Shown one piece after another: positions 51,101-58,159 of a DNA stretch of 64,000 bases. Source of the stretch: Paraspadella gotoi (taxonomy: Eukaryota; Animalia; Chaetognatha); the NCBI GenBank assembly GCA_051294375.1, contig CM119263.1, forward strand, positions 30,629,376 through 30,693,375, in the 5' to 3' direction. The translations under genes and the position numbers were made by a program. The notes under the pieces are model-generated. The model saw only the letters and a program-made list of their open reading frames with translations. It was not told where the DNA came from and did no database searches. Every line of letters starts with the position of its first letter. Position 1 is the first letter of the stretch.

Positions 51101-52003
51101 ATATTATATGGACAAGCGATTCACACTGTCATATTAAGTGAATCTGATTTGACTTTTTATTCGATTGGTATTTATGAAGCTATAAATATCTTTACCTTTA
51201 CTGGATTGCCTATCAGCCCATTTAGTAAAGAAATGTTTGTATTACCATCAATTTTAATGTTTCTCGTGATCTTTTTTTTAAGTTATTTCCATTCTTTGTA
51301 CATACTTGGAAGTATAGCAGGAGTGTTCACTTCAATTGATCACACAAATTTAAAACGACAAGAGAAAGTAAAAAACCTTAAATTTTTTCTTGAATCTAAA
51401 GAAATTGAAAATTGTTTAATTAAAGAAGCAATTTCTTGTCTGGAACTTTATTTTTCTACTAAAGAATACTTAATTTCCTTACTGACTTATGAAGCCATAA
51501 ATCCAAGAACATGGTCATCAATTAATTTTAATTCCCATCAAATAATTTTTAAAAAGTTGGGATTTTTCAATACAGTCCCTTGTGATCAACTTTACTACGC
51601 TAGTAGTACATTGAAAAAAATTTCAATTTGTTCTAATCAAGTAATTTTAAATGAAGGTCAAATAGTAGACTTTATAAAGATTCTTCTCACTGGAACCTTG
51701 ATATTTGTTCCTAAGGTACCTCATAAGTCAAACATATCAACATTAAAGGATACAAAAAATCTTCCTTCATCTTATTGTTTAAAGCCCGGGGAATGCCTGG
51801 GACTGCGAAACATAAATCCAACTCTATTTAAACTGGAAATTTGGCCTTACCAAATAGTAACCGCTGAAGATTGTGTTTTTTTAAAAATATCTTATAACGA
51901 TTTAAATGCACTTGAAGAAAAAGCAGAAATTTTTGTAAAAAAATTGTATGAAGCTTCTGAAAAAACTTACTCCAACATAACAAATTTTAATCAGGCTGAC
52001 TAG
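18109..52003 (+). CDS. Highly divergent cyclic-nucleotide-binding-domain channel-like protein with three tandem 6TM+C-linker+CNBD modules (CNG/CNGK-like); 5' end not resolved
   Basis: Phase-consistent exons: 18109-18147, 18209-18287, 19458-19553 (needs +1 T in a T-run), 19624-19726, 24393-25259 (duplicate with indels at 22429-23295), 26719-27325, 28023-28156, 44337-44826, 46972-47580, 49992-52003. CNBD motifs: YYLEGETIM…LTIIRKG…LERGECFGE; VFYPPG|FTVW…LHIIRG; ILNEGQ…ILLTG…LKPGECLG. C-linker-like stretches LARLPRRHKETI and LIDLPQHLKL. S4-like LLRSYRIIRLL in module 3. Confidence 0.75.
21094..22080. mobile_element. hAT-like MITE (TAAGGCGTAGT TIR, 8-bp TSD ATGACTAC) with a nested insert
   Basis: TIRs TAAGGCGTAGTGAAAGTT / AATTTTACTACGCTTTA; TSD at 21086-21093 and 22081-22088. 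Confidence 0.85.
21780..25565. other. ~1.9 kb near-identical duplication straddling an N-gap (23600-23624); likely uncollapsed overlap or haplotype
   Basis: 21780-23599 matches 23625-25565. The left copy has 1-bp indels that break the channel exon that is intact in the right copy. Confidence 0.8.
23697..23740 (+). ncRNA. Minimal type I hammerhead ribozyme (Penelope-type) in a 110-bp insertion with a 12-bp TSD
   Basis: AGCG-CTGATGA-A-GGCTC-gaatttat-GAGCC-GAAA-CATG-TC-TGCT: intact core, stems I and II, palindromic ACATGT stem III. Insert 23683-23792 is flanked by TTAAAAAGAGTT at 23671-23682 and 23793-23804. Confidence 0.9.
25414..26014. mobile_element. hAT-like MITE (same family as 21094-22080)
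   Basis: TAAGGCGTAGT…ACTACGCCTTA termini; imperfect 8-bp TSD CTGGTTAA/CTGGGTAG. Confidence 0.8.
28317..28926. mobile_element. hAT-like MITE with 8-bp TSD ATATATAG, inserted in a Penelope-like hammerhead remnant
   Basis: TIRs TAAGGCGTAGT / ACTATGCCTTA; TSD at 28309-28316 and 28927-28934. The host sequence has an inverted arm (ACATGTTTCAACTC) and a CTGAAGA…GAGTC core lacking GAAA. Confidence 0.85.
29135..30103. mobile_element. hAT-like fold-back MITE with 8-bp TSD ATCCATAC
   Basis: Long TIRs TAGAGCGTTGAAAAATAAC… / …GTTATTTTTCAACGCCCTA; TSD at 29127-29134 and 30104-30111. Confidence 0.85.
30178..30358 (+). mobile_element. Solo LTR of twister-retrozyme family 1 with internal deletion (duplicate at ~32254-32435)
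   Basis: Matches the LTR of 57626-58267. The tRNA-like module (GCGGCTA…CTCCCAA…CCGGGGTTGTAGCCCGG-TGGTCGC) is retained, but only the P4 half of the twister (CCTGATCCGAAGCTC) remains. Confidence 0.7.
30411..31729 (+). mobile_element. Helentron/DINE-1-like non-autonomous element (other copies at 32487-33795, ~45330-46462, 57074-60122 (-), 60353-63482 (-))
   Basis: 5' AACAAG… with subterminal GTCGGATCTGC, internal ~130-140 bp tandem subunits, a (GGAC/AGAC)n microsatellite, and a 3' stem-loop GTCGG(G)ATCTGCT-GATA-AGCAGATCCGAC followed by an A-run; no TSD. Confidence 0.65.
34815..35108 (+). repeat. 5' LTR
   Basis: Direct repeat of 43633-43926; contains AATAAA; followed immediately by a TGG-initiated PBS. 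Confidence 0.9.
35196..36720 (+). pseudogene. gag: gag-like ORF with in-frame stops
   Basis: ORFs 35196-35429, 35430-35789 and 35841-36584 share one frame and are separated by single stops. Coiled-coil region, Pro-rich PPPSSLYP, basic C-terminus; located just after the PBS. Confidence 0.7.
37301..41890 (+). pseudogene. pol: pol (protease, RT, RNase H, integrase) with stops and frameshifts
   Basis: Protease LYDTGAS; RT WRLICDLSAVN…FHQV…LPMG…YVDD; RNase H YADAS…E…VTDS…DNPANFLTR; integrase HEHFGHPG…CNNC and PWESLSIDV…ILVASD. Confidence 0.92.
42200..43599 (+). pseudogene. env: env-like glycoprotein resembling class III fusogens (herpes gB / chuvirus G), frameshifted
   Basis: Three consecutive ORF pieces with Cys-rich motifs GCDL…VCGWWS…AQCLILH and EIC…IAHKNPT…VAVIRGELL..QC…RKTKECYHDLPI, and a C-terminal TM helix (VIPFAVAAIIIIIRIVIAYCC) just before the PPT. 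Confidence 0.75.
43633..43926 (+). repeat. 3' LTR
   Basis: Direct repeat of the 5' LTR, preceded by the PPT and followed by the ATCG TSD. Confidence 0.9.
47781..48810 (-). mobile_element. Gypsy gag remnant interrupted by a MITE
   Basis: Minus-strand translation across the MITE gives …AETLPKAKNSSDDMRPSQPL…IRSLPPAV…LTAAELAAIADR…, resembling Mag-type gag. A related end sequence occurs at ~27712-27770. Confidence 0.55.
48063..48679. mobile_element. PIF/Harbinger-like MITE (TTA TSD)
   Basis: TIRs GGTAGGGGTAGCCG / CGGCTATGGCTACC, with TTA on both sides. Confidence 0.7.
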
Positions 52004-53278
52004 ACAATTGTTCCTTCATTTTATAATTCAAATATTTAAAATGACAGTTTGTATATTTGTTAGTTTGCTTCAGTTTATAATTACATCTTGTTTAATGGTT
52101 AACATTTTAATAATTTTTAATTTATTGTAAATCGCTTTACTCGCTCTAATCGCTTTACTCACTCCGCGAGTACTCGCGGCGCAACTAAAAATGTCACGTG
52201 TTGAAAAATTAGTTAATTTCATTATCAAATACATTTTTTTGCACGTAAATAGTTTTTATTATCTAGTACGACCTCCCTAAGACTGAATAACTGGAAATTA
52301 AGTTTCGATGGAATCGTCTGAGTGGAAATGAGTTTAAATAGAAAAAACAAAAAACCTGTTTCACTAATTGATCATGCTTCTTGCATTTACATTTAAAATA
52401 AAAAGAAAAAGATGTATTAATAAATCAAATAATTAATCAGTTAATTAATCTATTAGTCAATTGATTATTCAATGAATCAATTTATCTAGTTATCTATTAA
52501 TTAATTCAATCAATTAATTTATAAATTAATTAATTATTTAATCAATCAATCAAGTCAAACGTTATCGGCATTATTGTCGTCGTCGCCATCATCGTCGTCG
52601 TTGATTTTGTAGTGGTCAGTGACGAAAAGACCTAAAAACAAACATTTTGGATCAAATTAATTAATTTATTAATTAAATTATTATTTTAGTTTATATAGTT
52701 TGTATTGATTAATTAATTGATCGTGGGCAGTTCCGACATTGTTTGCTCAAACTTGTTTTTTCATGCATCAAAAAAAAATTAAAAAAATTCTCTATAATAT
52801 GAATAATACTTGATCATTAGAGCGTTCAAAGATAACAATAAAAGAATTCTGAATGGATTAAATATTTTAGTATATATTTTGTTACCTTTTAATGTAATAA
52901 GGTCCAAAGAATTCGATAATGATAACCATTTTTTTGTATAGTTTCATCTGCCTTGTCGGAAATGCCGATTTTTGAAGCATATATGGCCTCTCGAGGGATT
53001 TAAATCGTTTAAGAAAGAAATCCGCCGTTCCGGGTAGCGAACCCGGGCTCGCGTCTGGGACAGTAAGATTTCCAATCAAGAGCCACCCAGGCTGCTACAA
53101 AAACGCGACTTTGATTCTAAACTTAATGATTGAACAAAATGAAACATTTTGTTTTTACAATGTTTTAATATCTTTTGTTATTCACTGTTTACTTTATCAA
53201 TTGTGGTCTCAAGAAATTCTGTTGGATTTTTATCTTGATGTAAAATACTACTTCATCACAACTCGTTTTTATTTCTAT

Positions 53279-53875
53279 TGAAGAGGCTGGTTGTACAGGG
53301 CGCCACACCCGCAGCGGTGTCACCTCGTGGCGACAGCGAGACAGCATGTTCATATAGTCCAGAGCTTTGGATCTGGCAGTAGGCGTTTGCCTACAGTCGG
53401 GTTACCCGGTCCATCCCACTTTCTACATGTCAACCTCAGGGCTCAAACCAGGGACACACATTGGGATGGTGCATTAGTCCACTGAGCCACTGCGAAAGAA
53501 AAAGCTTTAATCCATCTGTGGTGATAGGGCCACCAGACAGCAGCCCCCAGGACTGTCACATATGAGAGTATGAAGTAGGGGATGAAACGCATGTCTCTCC
53601 GCTGAACCTCTCTTCATTCTGGTGGCCTTGCTTTGAGTGGCAGCTGCGTAGCTCAAACCACATCAAGGGCAGAGGAATATTATCATGCCCGGTTTGCATG
53701 TTTAGATCACGTCGGGCTCACCATTGAAGAGGCTGGTTTTACAGGGCGCCACACCCGCAGCGCTCAGGGCTCGAATCAGGGACGCACATTGGGATGGTGC
53801 ATAAGTCCACTGAGCCACTGAGGCGCAGCGAAAGAAACAGCTTTAATCCATCTGTGGTGATAGGACCACCAGACA
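53279..53875 (-). mobile_element. Twister-ribozyme LTR retrozyme/TRIM, family 2
   Basis: On the minus strand: 5' LTR 53875-53725 (TG…CA, internally deleted), 18-nt PBS TGGTGAGCCCGACGTGAT (53723-53706; tRNA-Trp-like), ~165-bp non-coding interior, G-run PPT, 3' LTR 53539-53279 containing the tRNA-like module and twister. No clean TSD. Confidence 0.8.
53351..53429 (-). ncRNA. Twister ribozyme (type P5), T2 mutated (GC->GA)
   Basis: Reverse complement: CATGTAG-AAA-GTGG-GA-TGG-ACCGGG-TAA-CCC-GAC-T-GTAGGC-AAAC-GCCTAC-T-G-CCAGA-TCCAAAGC-TCTGG-A-CTATATG. Confidence 0.75.
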
Positions 53876-54364
53876 ATCATCAAATTTAAGAAATACATTA
53901 ACTCATGATATGAAAAGTTTCATTGAATTAAAAACTTATTCTTCATATTACTCAAGTGAAACGCCATCTATTAATCTATAATCGAATTAATAACTTATTT
54001 CTACAAATAATGTAATCAGCAAATAAGTGATTAAATGAATGACACGCCTTTCCTACAACTTCGATATATAAAGAGAACCAAGACTTTATATCTCATCGTC
54101 TTAGAACCGTGGCATTCTAGTTGTCACGCTCACGTCTCACTCTGTGGCGGCAACGTGACCGCGCTACACATATAAGGTGCTATTAAAATGGCGCAAACAT
54201 TGAAGCATATGAGAAACTCAAATTATTAAAATTTTATAAAAGTTATATTTAGCTTCCATAATATAAAAATAGAAACTGTAAAGTACTTTGACGCTTCATG
54301 CCCGCAGAGTAAAAATATTTTAGTAAGTTTATTTATAAATTTTTTATTTTAGATTATTAGCTAT

Positions 54365-54530
54365 TGTATTTTGACTTTCTTTTTTGCTATTTAGAATAGT
54401 TAGAGATGAAACGAAAAATTCGTTGTAATAGCAATTTTATTTTTATTAATGTACATGTTTCGACTCTTAGTTTTTGCGAGTCTTCATCAGCAAGTGAATT
54501 CAATAGACCAAAATTTTTAAACATTAGTTT

Positions 54531-54561
<31 letters not shown>

Positions 54562-55421
54562 TTTCCAACAAAGAATTGAGCAAGGATAGTGGTCAGATGT
54601 GAGGACAGGTGAAAGTAGGGAAAGAGAGAGTAAATGATTTTTGAAATTGGTGAAAAGAAAAAGAGAGAGAGAGAGAGAGACACAGGGATCAATACATTAG
54701 GCAATGTACAACAGTGAAAAATTTTTTAGAAAAACTAAATATTTAACAAAAGTAATAATAAATTAATTGTTAGCTGATGATTGTTAGTAAGAGAAAATGA
54801 AATAAAGAATAAGTGATGAGGGATAGATAAGTTAAAGATAAGTGAAATAGTAAGGTAAGAAAAAGAGCTCAAAAATGAGCTGCCCCCCCCCAGCCGGGCA
54901 AATGTGGGACGTTAACGATGTAGTCGGGTCATTGGCCTGTCATAGGCTGAGATGATATTGTGGTGGAATGGGACAGGGCTGGATCTGGTAATGATCCGGC
55001 TGGAAAAATGCCTAGTGCCACTCGAATATCTCTCTGACCTGATAGGCCTGCCGAAGGCCCTCCTCTCACCTGACAGTGAGGTGGGCGATTGCCTGTTCGG
55101 GCCTGTTTGGGGACAGGTGATACAGACTCCTCTCCCTCCTCTTGTAGCTGTCGTTTTGGGCGACGCTCAGCACGAGAAGAGTCGCGCCAAGTTGCTGCAA
55201 GCTCGGTTGAGGCATCGGACGTCCATTGCCTGCTGAGAGCCTCCGCCTGACCCGTTGAGTGAGGACAGGGGAATCACCGTGCGGCTGAGGTGGCGTTGGT
55301 GCTCCACCACAGTTTTGATAAGCGAATCATAGCTTGGAGGGAGTTCGAATCGTTCGAGTCGAAACATGTACATTAATAAAAATAAAATTGCTATTACAAC
55401 GAATTTTTCGTTTCATCTCTA
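54365..55421 (-). mobile_element. 5'-truncated Penelope-like element with inverted pLTR, hammerhead and 14-bp TSD
   Basis: TSD AGATTATTAGCTAT at 54351-54364 and 55422-55435. Inverted arm 55356-55422 matches 54400-54466. Degenerate minus-strand coding remnant (NLARLFS…CITCP). Confidence 0.75.
54450..54492 (-). ncRNA. Minimal type I hammerhead ribozyme
   Basis: Reverse complement: TG-CTGATGA-A-GACTC-gcaaaaactaa-GAGTC-GAAA-CATG-TA-CA; intact core, short stem I, palindromic stem III. Confidence 0.8.
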
Positions 55422-55875
55422 AGATTATTAGCTATATTTATTATTAATTAATAGTAAAAAATAGAATAGAATTCTTTGCAAAAAGTTGATGAAAGAAAAT
55501 ATAATCTTTTTTAACAAATGCTTTCATTAAGTGGGTTAGAAGTAAAAATATTAAAAACTACGATTTTTTTTTAATTTTTTCATGTTTAACTTAAAATTAT
55601 AGTTTTTTCTTTAAATTTTGACCAACTTATTTTCTTACATCAACTTTCTGCAAGGAATGCGAATTCGGGTTTAAAATCTTAAAATTATCATTTTTTAACT
55701 TTTGCTTAATTTTTACTCATAGTTACTATTTACTAATAAATATGGTAAATAACTTTTAATAATCATAAAATTTAAAAATAAACTTACCAAAATATGTTTA
55801 TAGGTCTTTATTTTTACATTTTATTTTATTTGAAATTGTATAAAATCTTAATAATTTGATTTATTTTAATTTATA

Positions 55876-56553
55876 CAGAATGCTTCATATTATATTTTTT
55901 GTGACCAGAAATCATTCCGAGAAAACTACTGGACCAAATTTATTGAAATCCCTATGTGAATACTAATAAAACTATAGAAGCGAATTTCAATATTTGACCG
56001 CTGAGCCGAGATATGGGCCCCCCGGGGGGTCACCCATGGGGGCAAAAAATGGTCAAAAATTTTTTTACATTTTTTTCATTATTTTTGTTTTGAACAGTCG
56101 CACAGACGTTTACTCTCCCACAAAAACGTATTTATTACCTCAAAAATATTCATTTACCTTAATTTTTAGCTTCATGAACATCAGCAGTTAAAGTCAGATT
56201 TGGAATAATTTGGGAAAATTGGAAGTAAAACCATGCTTAATTATTGCAAATTTATCAATTTTAGTTCTAAAATTTTTTTTCTTATGTTTAAAACGTCAAT
56301 GCACCTGATGCTACTAAAAATTTTGAAAAATGAAACAAATTTTTTTTAGCATTTTTAGGCCCCCCAGGGGTCCACCCCCAGGGCCCTGTATCTCCTGTCA
56401 GGGGTTGAATATCAAATTCGCCTCGATAGTTCCATTTATATAGTCATTATTACTCTAAATGTAAAATTTCATTAAATTCGATCAGGTAGTTTGGTGGGAA
56501 CAGATTCTGGTCACAAAAAAGGGGTACCACATTTTATAATATGAAGCCTTCTG
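55876..56553. mobile_element. Tc1/mariner-like MITE (TA TSD)
   Basis: TIRs CAGAATGCTTCATATTATA / TATAATATGAAGCCTTCTG flanked by TA, with further internal inverted similarity. Confidence 0.75.
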
Positions 56554-57677
56554 TAATGTTTTGCGTTTTATTAGCATTTTATATACATTAAAAATCGTCA
56601 TTTCCATCAAGAAATATGAAACTATCCAAGAAAATGGTTATAACCATCGAATTTTTCAGACCTGATTACAGTAAAATAATTATGAATGAAATTTATTATC
56701 TTATATCTTGTTATCTTTAAACGTTCTATTGATCATAATCATCACGCTTTCCCTTTAAAATCTATTGAAAACAAAAATTTCAACTTGAAAAAAAAAATTG
56801 GTTGATTTATTATAATTATCATAGTAAATAAGTTAGGATTTACATAATAATTTTTTATAATAAAAAATCAACAAACTGACTTTTTATCGCCCAATTTTTT
56901 ATTTTTATATCAGATAACTTCACAATCAGCGTTAAAAATTAACTTAAAATTTTGAAGAAATAACTACGCGCCTGAGAGTAACTGTGATTATTAAAGCGTA
57001 GCAAAAATATTAAAATCAAGTAGAATCAAAATTCGAATAATAGATCATGAACATGCTTGTACCTGTAAACATTTCAGCAGATCCCGACTAGTGTTCCGTT
57101 AACCGTTAATTTTTGAGGAACTTCGCTTAACCGTTAAAACTAACGTTTTTAACGGTTAACCGTTAAAATCGGTTAATTTTATAATTAAACATTAAATTTA
57201 AAATATTAATATTTAAAACTTACTAAAGTATTTACTGGTATTTTCTCCTTAACTCCGGCTACTGAATCGTCTTTATCTTTTATTTCAGATAGATGAGGTA
57301 CACATTATAGTTGATAAATGAGAAAATTGGTTTGAAAAAACAGCATTATAATAATTTTTTTTGCCTCATAGCTTAATAAAAATATGAAAAAATACTGAAA
57401 GAAAAAGCACAATGTAATTTTAATTCTGTATATTTTGTTTTCTCTTTCTCTCTTTTTCTTTCTTTCTTTCATTTTCGCTTTTTCTTTTTCTCTTCCTCAT
57501 TATTTTTATAGTTGTTAGTATTTCATTGAAAGCATGTTTTCTGTTGTTAGTCTTTCAATAACCCATGACTATAAAATAATAATATGAATATTAGGTTAAG
57601 ACTTCTTTCAAGTTATCTTAACATGTGAAGAGACAGTAATTATTGATAAGTGTTAATGACAGAACCGTTCAATATAA

Positions 57678-57750
57678 GCAGTTCTGAGCTTCGGATCAGG
57701 CTGTAACACCATGTTACAGGCGGGTTAAGCGCCCCGTCCCTCTTAACTGC
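57678..57750 (-). ncRNA. Twister ribozyme (type P5) in the 3' LTR; one G missing in P4
   Basis: Same sequence as 58086-58159 except TCAG for TCAGG. Confidence 0.75.
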
Positions 57751-58085
57751 AGACGACCACGGCTAGAACCCCGGACCTTTGGTGGGAGGCGAATGACTTG
57801 CCTCGGGCACCAATGGCCGCTGATGAAGGTTGGTGGATTTTAGTCCACCATACATCCCCCTCCCATAGGGAGAAGTCTGTTGCGTCTCTTCAGTGAATTG
57901 TTGTTGGTGGAAAGTTCGTCACCAAGTTGAGGCATGTCGCCTGATGTGTTGTGGGCGGAAAGTGCATCGCCAGGTTGGGCATGTCGCCTGAAAGTGTTGT
58001 TGTTGCTGTTGTGTTCGGAGTCGGGCTCACCAATGAAGAGACAGTGATTATTGATATATGTTAATGACAGAACCGTTCAATATAA

Positions 58086-58159
58086 GCAGTTCCTGAGCTT
58101 CGGATCAGGCTGTAACACCATGTTACAGGCGGGTTAAGCGCCCCGTCCCTCTTAACTGC
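58086..58159 (-). ncRNA. Twister ribozyme (type P5), intact, in the 5' LTR
   Basis: Reverse complement: GCAGT-TAA-G(A)GG-GA-CGG-GGCGCT-TAA-CCC-GC-C-TGTAACA-TGG-TGTTACA-G-CCTGA-TCCGAAGC-TCAGG-A-ACTGC; T1 pseudoknot CGG/CCG, T2 GC/GC. Confidence 0.88.

Larger units (their letters stand above)
52818..56728. mobile_element. hAT-like MITE (8-bp TSD TTGATCAT) expanded by several nested insertions
   Basis: TIRs TAGAGCGTTCAAAGATAACAA / TTGTTATCTTTAAACGTTCTA; TSD at 52810-52817 and 56729-56736. Confidence 0.8.

Noticed and set aside
57880-57900. CTGAAGAG in the retrozyme interior (minus strand) as a hammerhead core
   Set aside because: There is no downstream GAAA or stem II/III; it instead pairs with the LTR end CTCTTCA.
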